DNA of 64,000 bases, from the NCBI GenBank assembly GCA_025061115.1, contig JANZKC010000001.1:64001-128000 (forward strand), read 5' to 3'. Numbering within the stretch: the first letter of the stretch is position 1; every line of letters starts with the position of its first letter. This stretch comes from Candidatus Culexmicrobium cathedralense. GTDB taxonomy: Archaea > Thermoproteota > Methanomethylicia > Culexarchaeales > Culexmicrobiaceae. Made by a program: the position numbers and the translations under genes. The notes beneath the pieces are model-generated. The model did not search any database, was not told where the DNA came from, and saw only the letters and a list, made by a program, of their open reading frames with translations. Shown piece by piece: positions 9,176-18,738 of the stretch.

Positions 9176-11050
9176 TCATACTGACATGCCAAGCACGTTG
9201 TAGATAAATGCCAGTATATCGGCGTTCTCTTTAATTTTTGTTTTGGGCGTTGCTCCTGAATGTCCACTTGAGGTTTCTACTCTCAAGTAGATTGGAGCGT
9301 TTACTTCCTTGAGTTTTGCCACGAATTTGAAGGCATGTGCTGGATGTACTCTGTCGTCGTGGAGTCCAGTGTATACTATTGTTGGTGGGTACTTGGCTCT
9401 ACGAACGTTATGATATGGAGAATACTTAATGAGAAATTCCGCATCCTTCGGATTTTCTGGATCCCCATACTCTGGAATCCAGGCTTTACCAATGTAGAGC
9501 TTGTGGAACCTTAACATATCTATGACAGGATATCCTATAACTGCTCCATCCAATAGTTCGGGTTTTTGAGTGAGAACTGCACTTACTAGTAAGCCGCCGT
9601 TACTTCTACCTGTAGCTACTACTTTAGCGCCCTTATCTTTAAAGTACTTTATTGCTGCCATGAAGTCGTTGAAAACGTTTTGCTTTTTATCTCTCATTCC
9701 ATCCTTATGCCACTTTTCGCCATATTCTAGCCCTCCACGTATATTGGCTACTACATACACTCCTCCATCCTCAATGAAGGGCATTATACTTGGCTCAAAA
9801 ACAGGTGTTTTTGAAATTCTAAAGCCACCATACCCGTAAATTAGCACATTATCAAGCTTCGCATCACTCTTCTTTGCAATGAACATGTGTATTTTTGTTC
9901 CATCAGTTGATGTTGTCCATGCTTCTTCAATTACGTAATCACCTCTAATTTCTTTTGAGTCTATTAGCCTGAACGCCTCGCCGTTATAAGCGTACAATCG
10001 ATATGGCGTGAAGAATGATTCGTAAATGAAAGCTGCTTCATCTTCAATTGAATTTAAAGATCGAATTGTTCCTGGAACAGGAAAATTCACTTCATCTACA
10101 AGCTTGCCCGTAAATGTGAATGATTTGATAAGTGATGCTGCGTCTTTGAGGTAGTGGACGATTATCCTTCCATTAGCTGTGACTGCTTCTTGAAGTGGAC
10201 ATTTCTGCTCATCAATGATTGTCTCGATCACATTGTCAGATACTTTTAATATTTTGCCAAGTCCGTCATCCTCATAAGAAGCTATCAAGTATGCTTGATC
10301 CACATAATCTATGGGATTTGCAATAAATTTGCCACCATAAATTTTATTCCAGCTTTCGGGATTCTTCAATTCTCCTCCATAAACAGTGCTTTTACTCCAG
10401 CCGTATCTGACTGTAACGAGAGCCTTTGAATCATCGCTTGAAGATTTTATGTCAATGAAGTGTGAGGTAGGGATACCTTCACCCCAAACTACTTCATCTT
10501 TGCCATTTTCTCTAATTAATACTCTAGTAGTTGGAGGGGAAACTCCGTCAGGAGGAGGCTCTTCACGGAATAACTTGACGTAATAATAACTGTCTTTGTT
10601 AAGCCAAACTATCCCCCAAATAACGCCCTTTAGCTCGTCTACTACCTCTCTAGTATCTACATCAATTATCTTCAATGCTCCTACATCTGCACCTCCATAA
10701 GAGTAGGAGAATGCCAGTCGATCTCCTTCTTTAGATGCATGAATTCTCTGAATAACTGCATCTTCACCTAGATCTCTTGAATCTATGAGCTCTATAATTT
10801 CGCCGCTTCGCTTGTAAAGTTTGATTTTGAAGGATTCTTCTTCACGTATAAGTGCAAAGTATCCTCGCCTTGATATTGAAGTCATGACGATATGGAGAAT
10901 TGAATAGTACTTGGCTATTCTAGGCTCAAGCTTGCGGGATAATTGCCTTAAGAAATCACTTGTACGCTTGTGCTCATTTAAAGCCCAATTTAAAACCTTA
11001 GGGTCTTTAAGATTCTCCATCCATAAATAAGGATCTTCCAGTACGCTCAT
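9176..11050 (-). CDS. Prolyl oligopeptidase (S9A)
   Basis: EDPYLWMENL N-terminus, GYGGF, NIRGG, GRSNGG nucleophile, DDRV Asp, SGH His. Confidence 0.95.
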   Translation of the reverse strand: MSVLEDPYLWMENLKDPKVLNWALNEHKRTSDFLRQLSRKLEPRIAKYYSILHIVMTSISRRGYFALIREEESFKIKLYKRSGEIIELIDSRDLGEDAVIQRIHASKEGDRLAFSYSYGGADVGALKIIDVDTREVVDELKGVIWGIVWLNKDSYYYVKLFREEPPPDGVSPPTTRVLIRENGKDEVVWGEGIPTSHFIDIKSSSDDSKALVTVRYGWSKSTVYGGELKNPESWNKIYGGKFIANPIDYVDQAYLIASYEDDGLGKILKVSDNVIETIIDEQKCPLQEAVTANGRIIVHYLKDAASLIKSFTFTGKLVDEVNFPVPGTIRSLNSIEDEAAFIYESFFTPYRLYAYNGEAFRLIDSKEIRGDYVIEEAWTTSTDGTKIHMFIAKKSDAKLDNVLIYGYGGFRISKTPVFEPSIMPFIEDGGVYVVANIRGGLEYGEKWHKDGMRDKKQNVFNDFMAAIKYFKDKGAKVVATGRSNGGLLVSAVLTQKPELLDGAVIGYPVIDMLRFHKLYIGKAWIPEYGDPENPKDAEFLIKYSPYHNVRRAKYPPTIVYTGLHDDRVHPAHAFKFVAKLKEVNAPIYLRVETSSGHSGATPKTKIKENADILAFIYNVLGMSV

Positions 11051-11126
11051 ACTGATCTACCACTTTCACATTACTAACTTGAAACTTGCTGATTATAAGT
11101 ATTAGATAATTAAAGATAAATAGCAT

Positions 11127-11957
11127 CTAATTTTGTTTACGCTCAAGCTTCTTCATTATTTCGTCTGCTATTTGTAGAATTATCTTTGCTGCAGGCGCGT
11201 TTTCATATTTTAGTAAGAAGAGTTCACCCTTATCGTTGCACTCGCTTATCCTTGGGTCGATGGGTATTGATCCCAAATATGGAATGTTCATTTCCAAGGC
11301 TATTCTTCTTCCAGCGCCCTCACCAAATATATTATATGTTGTTCCGCATTTGGGGCAGGTGAAGCCATTCATGTTCTCTACTATTCCTAATATAGGCACA
11401 TTCAGTTTTTGGCAGAATTTAATTGCCTTTTTAACCACTAGCCTCGAAAGGTCTGAAGGTATGGTTATGATTACTGCTCCCGACATACTTTTAATGTATT
11501 GAGCAATGCTTAGCGGCTCATCACCAGTTCCAGGTGGAAGATCTATATATAGGTAATCCAATGCTCCCCAATTCACGTTAGCTAGGAACTCTGCAATTAG
11601 CCTCCCTTTAAGCGGTCCTCTCCATATTATTGGAGCATCCTCCTCTGGGAGCATAAATTGGGTTGATACTACCTTCAAGTTTAATGGCCCCAGAACTGGA
11701 GCTATGCCCAAAGGACTTATTAGCAATTTAGATTTTTCCAATCCCAGAATTTTGGGAATTGAAGGCCCATGAATATCTGCATCTAACAATCCCACCTTCC
11801 TGCCTTTAACTGCAGTTGCTAGTGCTAATGAAGCTGCAACAGAACTCTTCCCCACACCGCCCTTTCCGCTGACAATCATTATTTTGTGGGTTATTCCACT
11901 CATTTTACTTTCAATCATTTTAAGTAACTCTTCATAGGAGCGAGCAGCTTTACTCAA
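11127..11957 (-). CDS. apbC: Mrp/NBP35 (ApbC) Fe-S cluster carrier ATPase
   Basis: SGKGGVGKS, DADIHGPS, WRGP, DLPPGTGD, ENM..F.CPKC. Confidence 0.95.
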   Translation of the reverse strand: MSKAARSYEELLKMIESKMSGITHKIMIVSGKGGVGKSSVAASLALATAVKGRKVGLLDADIHGPSIPKILGLEKSKLLISPLGIAPVLGPLNLKVVSTQFMLPEEDAPIIWRGPLKGRLIAEFLANVNWGALDYLYIDLPPGTGDEPLSIAQYIKSMSGAVIITIPSDLSRLVVKKAIKFCQKLNVPILGIVENMNGFTCPKCGTTYNIFGEGAGRRIALEMNIPYLGSIPIDPRISECNDKGELFLLKYENAPAAKIILQIADEIMKKLERKQN

Positions 11958-12015
11958 GCAATCACCTCTTGAAATTGCATGTCAAATATAAAAATGGTGA
12001 ATTTAGCAGTTGCGC

Positions 12016-12285
12016 TTACCATCCATACATTTGACTTAGCCACAAGGAAGTAGGCACCCTATAACCCATAAAAGGCATCCGCATTTGCCATGGCATCATG
12101 TATGGACGATAAATCCATGGATATCCGTAGCTCATATACCCATATTGCCAAGGCGCTCCAAATAGCCACCAACATGATCCTCTGCCAAATAGCCATCCAG
12201 GCCTCATCCATGGCGGTAAATGGCTGAATGGACCCCTGCCAGGCCATTGTCCAATCCAACCTCTCCTACCCCAGCCCCACGCCAT
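12016..12285 (-). CDS. Trp/Gly/Arg/Pro/Tyr-rich low-complexity protein (DUF5320-like N-terminal motif)
   Basis: WPGRGPFSHLPPWMRPGWLFGRGSCWW; GGAGGTGA RBS; TATA TTTATATC at 12330-12323. Confidence 0.8.
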   Translation of the reverse strand: MAWGWGRRGWIGQWPGRGPFSHLPPWMRPGWLFGRGSCWWLFGAPWQYGYMSYGYPWIYRPYMMPWQMRMPFMGYRVPTSLWLSQMYGW

Positions 12286-12325
12286 TAGCCCTCACCTCCT
12301 CATCAGGCATACTATAAAAGGAGAT

Positions 12326-12355
12326 ATAAATTTTGTGCTATTGCACAAAATTTAT
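12326..12355. promoter_or_regulatory. Palindromic operator overlapping the BRE/TATA of the 12285 gene
   Basis: ATAAATTTTGTGC-TATT-GCACAAAATTTAT, a perfect 13-bp inverted repeat; core repeated at 38914-38933. Confidence 0.8.
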
Positions 12356-12377
12356 GTGGTCATTACAGCAATAGAAG

Positions 12378-12437
12378 TGAAGGCTGCAGCCTTCATTTTC
12401 ATTAGAACCACTCCTACGATTACGGGTAGACGTAATC
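12378..12437. repeat. Two further inverted repeats in the divergent intergenic region
   Basis: TGAAGGCTGCAGCCTTCA (perfect 18-bp palindrome, 12378-12395) and GATTACG-GGTAGA-CGTAATC (12418-12437). Confidence 0.7.
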
Positions 12438-12475
12438 AATAAATTTTGTAAACAACATGTGGTATTGGTGGTTAA

Positions 12476-13924
12476 ATGAGCTTAAAAACTTGGTCAAGGA
12501 AATATGAAGATGTTAGAGCAGCTCTAGTGGAGCAGTATTATAACCAAAGGGCAGGACTACCATACGACAAGGAGCTCATGGAGAAACTATCTAAGGATAT
12601 GGCAAAACTATGTAGAGAATTCCTAGAAAAATTCAATGAGCCAAGAAGCATGTATCTCGCATGCATATCTGAAGTAGCAAGAGATGAAAGGCTTAAAATT
12701 GAAATAGAATTTGAAGAGAAGAGAATGGAAATAATCAAAAGCGAGACATTCACGCTTAATGGCGCTCCCGTTAACTGGGGAAGTTGGCGTAAATTTAACG
12801 CTAGAGTTGATAATCCTGAGAAGAGGAAAAAGTTATTTGATGAATTCATTTCCAAGGCAAATCAATTAGCACACCTCGTCAATGAGAGAATGAGAATTTC
12901 AAGGGAAGTATATGCAAGATATGGATTAACGCCATTAGATGCATATCTTGAATTGGAAAAATTGACTTATGAAGAGCTTTACTCGATTGTTGAGAAAATA
13001 GGATTGGGTGCTAAGGAAGCATACCTGAAAGCCGCTGAGCAATATGCACCAGAAGTTCTCGGCAAAAGCAAAGTAGAGTATTACGATGACTACTATACTT
13101 GGAGAGGCAGAATCTACAGGCCTCTAAACAAATACTTTGAGCATATAGATCCAGTATCAAAAGTAATCGAACTACTTAGAGACTTGCAAGTTGATCCAAC
13201 AAAAATCAAAGTAGATGCAGAAGATAGAGAAAAGAAAAGTCCAAGTGCATTTTGCTTCTGGATAAGAGTTCCCGATGACGTTAGAGTAGTATACAGGAGA
13301 GTAGCTCCATTTACGGATTTCGGCTCAGTGTTCCACGAGTTTGGCCATGGACTACACGGCGTTTCAGCTAGGCGTGAAGATCCAGTATGGAAGAGATATG
13401 TCGTTCCAATGAGTGTAGCTGAGACGTTCAGCTACCTATTGGAATACCTACTGGAAGACGAATTCTTCCTAAAAGAAGAACTGAAACTGCCCAATGAAGC
13501 AGTTAGGGAAATTATTGATAGAAGAAGATTCATGCATCTAGTCTTCGCCACATTCTATGCAGCGAACAGCTTGATGAAATTAGAGTTCTGGAAATATGAA
13601 TACAATGCTGAAAAGGCAGCTGAAAGATATCAGGAATTAACAAGGAAGTTCTTCGTTGAAGTCCCAGGAGAGTATTGGCTGCTTCACCACGTGATGCCAA
13701 GCTATGACATATATTCTCCAAGCTACGTAGTAGCTGCCGTCAGAATGGCTGCTATAAAAAGGAAGCTTAAAGAGGAGTTTGGAGAGGCATGGTGGAGAAA
13801 CAGAAAAGCTGCTGAAATGATCAGAGAAATGGCATCAGCAAGAGGAGAATTCGACGTAAAAGCTTGGAAACTTGAACCAAAATTATACTTAGAGGAAATC
13901 AAAGAAATAAGCATTTTAAAGTAA
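12476..13924 (+). CDS. M3/M32-like (gluzincin) zinc metallopeptidase
   Basis: FHEFGHGLH (HExxH) plus downstream AETFS Glu ligand. Confidence 0.8.
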   Translation: MSLKTWSRKYEDVRAALVEQYYNQRAGLPYDKELMEKLSKDMAKLCREFLEKFNEPRSMYLACISEVARDERLKIEIEFEEKRMEIIKSETFTLNGAPVNWGSWRKFNARVDNPEKRKKLFDEFISKANQLAHLVNERMRISREVYARYGLTPLDAYLELEKLTYEELYSIVEKIGLGAKEAYLKAAEQYAPEVLGKSKVEYYDDYYTWRGRIYRPLNKYFEHIDPVSKVIELLRDLQVDPTKIKVDAEDREKKSPSAFCFWIRVPDDVRVVYRRVAPFTDFGSVFHEFGHGLHGVSARREDPVWKRYVVPMSVAETFSYLLEYLLEDEFFLKEELKLPNEAVREIIDRRRFMHLVFATFYAANSLMKLEFWKYEYNAEKAAERYQELTRKFFVEVPGEYWLLHHVMPSYDIYSPSYVVAAVRMAAIKRKLKEEFGEAWWRNRKAAEMIREMASARGEFDVKAWKLEPKLYLEEIKEISILK

Positions 13925-13939
13925 AAACATAAAATTATT

Positions 13940-15103
13940 TTATATTTTTATTATTTGAACTATAATTAAACATAAAATGAATAATAAAATTGAAATTGGA
14001 AAAATTATCCAAATACCAAATAAGTCTACGAGTAACGATGCGATTATTGGCATTACAATTCCAGAAATGCTTACAGGCATGAAGAAGGCGCTGTAGGCTG
14101 TGCCTCTAGCTTCTGGAGGGATTATAAAGGCAACGAGGGAGCTTGAAATGGGCATGGTCATAGCGTTAAACAAGCCGTAAGCCAAATAGAAAATCACAAT
14201 TAGAAATGGAGCTGGAGATAAGAAGATCATAGTTAAAGTCAATGAGATTGATATGAAAATAATTGTAAATGATCTCCTCCATCCCAATTTATCTCCTAGA
14301 AATCCCCCTAAAATTGAGCCAACTAAGCCGATTAGAGGACTTAAGCCAAAAATTATGCTTGCAGTGCCTGGATCAATACCCTTACCCATCGATAAGTACG
14401 TTGTCATGAAAGTTGAGATACTTGAACTAGCGGCAGTTCTTACTGAAATAAAAATTAACAGCGAGATAAAAGTAAATGAAAGTATACTCCTTAACGGTGT
14501 AGAGATGCTTCGCACTGCTTCACTTTCAACACTATGCTTCAAATTAAACTTTAATAGTAGAGCAGAAATTGCAACTATAAATATTGGAATTAACCAAAAT
14601 GCGAAAACAAATTTCCAACCAAGCCAATGCAAAATTAAGCCAAGAGTGATTGGACCTAATGAAACCCCCAAAGTTCCACATGCACCATGTAGTCCAAGAC
14701 CCCTTCCTCTATAATTTTCAGGTAAAACACTTGTTGTAGCACTTAAAGCAGGCGGATGGTAAAAAGTTGAAGATAAAGCAATCAGAGTGAAGCCGACAAA
14801 TAAACTCCAAATAGAAGGATATAGATATATTAGAAGCCCAGCTAAACCTTCTAAAAACAAACTTGTTGAGATAAGCTTTCTAGCATTAAATCTATCTGCT
14901 ATGAGTCCACTGGGAAGCGACATCAGAAGTTGAATGAAGCGCGGAATCGAGACAAGTAGTCCTGCTTGAAAAACTGATAAATTGAATTCATCCATGAGAA
15001 TGGGTATTAAAGCGAAGGGCGCGTTAGTATAAACGTGAATCAACGTGTGCGTTGAGCATAGAAATGCCAATTTAAACTTAAAGCTACTGCGCAATCGAAT
15101 CAC
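13940..15103 (-). CDS. MFS transporter
   Basis: GLIADRF, YHPPA, GFLGDKLG; about 12 TM segments. Confidence 0.9.
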   Translation of the reverse strand: MIRLRSSFKFKLAFLCSTHTLIHVYTNAPFALIPILMDEFNLSVFQAGLLVSIPRFIQLLMSLPSGLIADRFNARKLISTSLFLEGLAGLLIYLYPSIWSLFVGFTLIALSSTFYHPPALSATTSVLPENYRGRGLGLHGACGTLGVSLGPITLGLILHWLGWKFVFAFWLIPIFIVAISALLLKFNLKHSVESEAVRSISTPLRSILSFTFISLLIFISVRTAASSSISTFMTTYLSMGKGIDPGTASIIFGLSPLIGLVGSILGGFLGDKLGWRRSFTIIFISISLTLTMIFLSPAPFLIVIFYLAYGLFNAMTMPISSSLVAFIIPPEARGTAYSAFFMPVSISGIVMPIIASLLVDLFGIWIIFPISILLFILCLIIVQIIKI

Positions 15104-15226
15104 CTTCTCAACCCAAGTATTTCATTAAATATACAGCGATTGCTTTAAATCATTTACTATTCCAACTTTAAACATTAACATCTTCAACTTAAACTAAGCA
15201 ATTAATCTTAATAATTAAACGAATAT

Positions 15227-15625
15227 TCAATTCTTTGCTGAATTTTGAACGCATCTCTCCTTTAATGTTCCTATTGAATGTGTATTTTCAGATTTTAGGT
15301 AGAGGATGCATGGTTGAAGGGAATACTCAATATAAGGTAGGCGTGCAAGAAATGCAATTATAATTGCACCTGCACCTGCCCAATCTGATGGTTTTAAATC
15401 TTTTTTATAATTAAGAGAACCCCTCCTTAGCAGGGCGTTCCAAAACGGTTTGAAGCGCTCCTTCTTCAGCACTCTGCGCTTTCCAGTTCGCTCAGAATAA
15501 ACAATTATTCTGTCATCTTTAACATCCTCGATTTTAACTGTGACGCCTAATCCTAAAGTTGAAATTGAACTCAACTTTTTAGCAATTTGCAAAATATCAC
15601 GCCAAACATACTCGAAACTGTCCAT
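15227..15625 (-). CDS. Hypothetical protein
   Basis: 132-aa ORF with GGAGG RBS; no family recognised. Confidence 0.65.
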   Translation of the reverse strand: MDSFEYVWRDILQIAKKLSSISTLGLGVTVKIEDVKDDRIIVYSERTGKRRVLKKERFKPFWNALLRRGSLNYKKDLKPSDWAGAGAIIIAFLARLPYIEYSLQPCILYLKSENTHSIGTLKERCVQNSAKN

Positions 15626-15862
15626 GGAAACCTTTCCTCCGCACTAGAATATATACTTGACATAAAGGATATTAAATATTTTTACAATCTATGAATTCAA
15701 TCTTCATAAATGATTATAATCTTAATAATACATCATCCAAATAAGTGAAATAATTTAATTGACAGTTTAACCTTAATACGATTAAGTTTATTTAAAAATT
15801 AGTATAATTGTAATTTTTACTTGATTACAATAACATTAATAACTATTTATGAGAGAATCTAG

Positions 15863-16831
15863 TTAGAAGTATTTCCATAAAGTTAATGGAGTCATCTTCC
15901 CATTCGCAGTTGTTGGAATTAAATGCTTCACGCGTATTCTCCTCAGAGCTGAAGTTAATGGTTCAGCATCTAAGGCCAAAGTTGTTATTATTGCAGCAAG
16001 GCCACCCCACCTACTCCATCTTCTAATCCACTCTCTTTCAGCATCACGCTCAGAAACTCCATAAACTTCGCATATGATTTTCTTTAACCATCTATCGACA
16101 GGAGCCAATTCATATTTCTTAGCTGAAAGAACGAGAGCTAGCCTTGCTGTATATGGGCCAACGCCCTTAATCTTAACGAAATCTTCTTCGCTATATTTAG
16201 CATAGTAGCTTAAATCGCTATTTCGCATCTTTTCAGCAATTCTAATAATAGTTTCAGCACGATATCCCAGTTTACAAGCTTTCAAAGTTTCGTAGCTTGT
16301 TTCCAAAATTTTATTTGGGGATGGAGGTATAAGCGTTGGACCCCAATCGTTAACATGAATCTTCATGCCAAGCTTTCTGTAAAGAGAAGCGAGCATGGTC
16401 CATCCTTGCTTGAAACTTGCATTCTGCTGACAAACGCCAATAAGAAGCCCAAGCCATGGCGAAACCCTCCTAACTCTAAAACCTCGCAGATGAACGAGAG
16501 ATGCTGATAGAAGCTTATCTTTTTGCCAGATTTTATAGAATTCACTTAAATCCTCATTGACACCAAGAATGTCTTCAATTAATTCGAAGTATTCTGAATT
16601 TATGGTCACATTGGATTTGGAATATATTGTTGCCTTAAACTTTCTAGGAGCAGCCTCCTCTATTAATGACACTATCGGCGCATCATAATCTAAAATGAGC
16701 AGCAATTTTGAGCCATTAAAATACCATGAGAAATTATATGCTGAAGCAGTTAAATAAAAGCTATAATCTTTAATTGAAGATTCGATCATTCGCGTTGAAA
16801 TGCTTGTTAATCTCAATTCACCCACCAACAA
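15863..16831 (-). CDS. HhH-GPD DNA glycosylase (AlkA/OGG1-like)
   Basis: QQNAS, KLGYRA, IKGVGPYTA HhH motif, APVDRW catalytic Asp. Confidence 0.85.
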   Translation of the reverse strand: MLVGELRLTSISTRMIESSIKDYSFYLTASAYNFSWYFNGSKLLLILDYDAPIVSLIEEAAPRKFKATIYSKSNVTINSEYFELIEDILGVNEDLSEFYKIWQKDKLLSASLVHLRGFRVRRVSPWLGLLIGVCQQNASFKQGWTMLASLYRKLGMKIHVNDWGPTLIPPSPNKILETSYETLKACKLGYRAETIIRIAEKMRNSDLSYYAKYSEEDFVKIKGVGPYTARLALVLSAKKYELAPVDRWLKKIICEVYGVSERDAEREWIRRWSRWGGLAAIITTLALDAEPLTSALRRIRVKHLIPTTANGKMTPLTLWKYF

Positions 16832-17104
16832 TTATCAAGTAGAATAATCCTTGAATTATGTTTCTACAAGCTAACTTAATTTAAAAACGATGAAAGAGAA
16901 TTATTAGGAGAGTTTAAGAAAAGGTTCATTGATCTAAATATTGACGATCATTAAATTAGGGCCCATTATGCTTAAGCATCAGTGAAATGTATTAATTGCT
17001 TTGAATTGCGCATTCTTTTTTAGATTGTTAGTATTCTCCTTATATGGTGCCCATCAAACATCGAGACTACTTTTAAACTAAAACTCAATCTTAGGTGATT
17101 AGCT

Positions 17105-17908
17105 TTGTTGGATGCGACAGCAAGGTTGATGTGGAGAAGAGTTAAGCGAGCAGTTGAACTAGCGGATGTAGTTCTTGAAGTTGTCGATGCACGTGATCCA
17201 TTAGGGACTAGGTGTAGAGAGGCTGAAAGACTGGTTAGGTTGATGGGTAAGAAGCTTATAATAGTAATCAATAAAGCCGACTTGGTTCCAAAGGAAATTC
17301 TTGAAGAATGGAAGAGGATTTTTCAAAAAGAGTATCCAACAGTTTACTTAAGTGCTAAGCATAGGCTTGGAACTAGAAAGCTTTGGATTGCAATTAAGAA
17401 AAATGCGCCAAAATTTCCAGTTAAGGTTGCTGTCGTGGGTTATCCTAAAGTTGGCAAATCCACGGTGATCAACGTTATTAAAGGGCGAAGTTCAGCTGAA
17501 ACTTCACCTAGACCTGGAGCGACTAGAGCTGAGAGGCTCGTTGCTGCAACAACTTGGCTTAAGCTTGTTGACAGCCCTGGAGTGATTCCCATTAGAGAAA
17601 ATGAAGTAAATTTAGCTTTAAAATGCATAGTCCCACCAGAAGAACTCAAAGACCCAGTAATACCTGCCATGGAGCTCATTAAAAGGGCTTTAGAGAAGAG
17701 GCCTGAAGCACTTCATGAAAAATACGGCTTTATAGTTGATGATCCATATGTGTTTCTAATTAAGCTCGCTAGGCGGCGAGGGCTCCTATCTAAAGGTGGC
17801 AAGCTCATCATAGAAGAAGCTGCAAAAATAGTAATAAGAGATTGGCAGGCGGGAGAACTTGTATTCTATTATACTCCACAGGATTATTGCTTTAAAAAGG
17901 AGGATTGA
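17105..17908 (+). CDS. Circularly permuted ribosome-biogenesis GTPase (YlqF/RbgA/Nog2 family)
   Basis: DARDP, NKAD (G4) before GYPKVGKST (G1), DSPG (G3). Confidence 0.9.
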   Translation: MLDATARLMWRRVKRAVELADVVLEVVDARDPLGTRCREAERLVRLMGKKLIIVINKADLVPKEILEEWKRIFQKEYPTVYLSAKHRLGTRKLWIAIKKNAPKFPVKVAVVGYPKVGKSTVINVIKGRSSAETSPRPGATRAERLVAATTWLKLVDSPGVIPIRENEVNLALKCIVPPEELKDPVIPAMELIKRALEKRPEALHEKYGFIVDDPYVFLIKLARRRGLLSKGGKLIIEEAAKIVIRDWQAGELVFYYTPQDYCFKKED

Positions 17909-17989
17909 ATTGCATTATTTAATAGAATTTAATCTTTCATAATCCACTTAAACTTCTTTGATCCACAAAAATCATTATTGGCTTTTAAT

Positions 17990-18027
17990 TTTACATTTGA
18001 ATAATGTAAATTTATATAATGTAAATT
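17990..18027. promoter_or_regulatory. Inverted and direct repeats around the TATA box of the ferredoxin gene
   Basis: TTTACATT-N5-AATGTAAA (17990-18010); ATAATGTAAATT twice (18001, 18016); TTTATATA at 18011-18018. Confidence 0.45.
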
Positions 18028-18066
18028 CGCAAAATTTTTACAGTTCTATGATAAGTTTCTTATAAG

Positions 18067-18330
18067 GTGTTAATCGTGACGAAAAAAAGCAAGAAAAATT
18101 TTGAGGTTGTCGTTATCGCAGACAGATGTAAAGGTTGCGGCATATGCATTGGCATTTGCCCGGTTGGCGTCTTAGAGTTTAGTGCTCAATTCAATAGACG
18201 CGGATATCACTATTCAGAAGCCAAATATCCTGAAAAATGCATTGGATGTAAAAATTGTGAATTACACTGTCCAGACTTTGCCATATTTGTTAAGCCTTCT
18301 CATAAGCCCAAGTTCACTTTAATTCAATAA
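18067..18330 (+). CDS. 2[4Fe-4S] ferredoxin (2-oxoacid oxidoreductase delta-like)
   Basis: CKGCGICIGICP and CIGCKNCELHCPDFAI. Confidence 0.9.
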   Translation: MLIVTKKSKKNFEVVVIADRCKGCGICIGICPVGVLEFSAQFNRRGYHYSEAKYPEKCIGCKNCELHCPDFAIFVKPSHKPKFTLIQ

Positions 18331-18737
18331 TTTGTTGGGTTTTCAATTGGTTTAAAGTAGTATCTAGGCCAATGCGGCCATCCTTCACCTTCAGCCTCTT
18401 CGAACTCAACTTTCACTTTTAAGCCAACTTTCAGCTTGTTTAGCTCTACATCCTTAATCATTCCCGGCAGCTTAACTCCGTCTTCCAATTCAACGATACC
18501 AACGGCATATGGTGCAAGGGACGCGAATTGCTGAGGGGCAACGTGAATTATGGTGAAAGTTTTAACCTCTCCTTTCCTCTTCAATTCAACCCACATAAAT
18601 TTCCTCGAACCACAGATTGGGCATGTCGGCTTAGGTGGCACTAGAATTTTCCCGCACTTGTTGCACTTTGCACCCATAAACTTTCCTTCACTACAAAACT
18701 GGTAGAAGCTTTCTATGGTAAATGGCTTCTCTTCCAC
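18324..18737 (-). CDS. DUF35 Zn-ribbon/OB-fold protein (thiolase partner)
   Basis: CNKCG...PP...CPICG, PYAVGIVEL. Confidence 0.9.
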   Translation of the reverse strand: MEEKPFTIESFYQFCSEGKFMGAKCNKCGKILVPPKPTCPICGSRKFMWVELKRKGEVKTFTIIHVAPQQFASLAPYAVGIVELEDGVKLPGMIKDVELNKLKVGLKVKVEFEEAEGEGWPHWPRYYFKPIENPTNY

Positions 18738-18738
18738 T

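Noticed and set aside
15626-15862. AT-rich gap with short inverted repeats as a replication origin
   Set aside because: No ORB-like repeats and no cdc6/orc1 nearby
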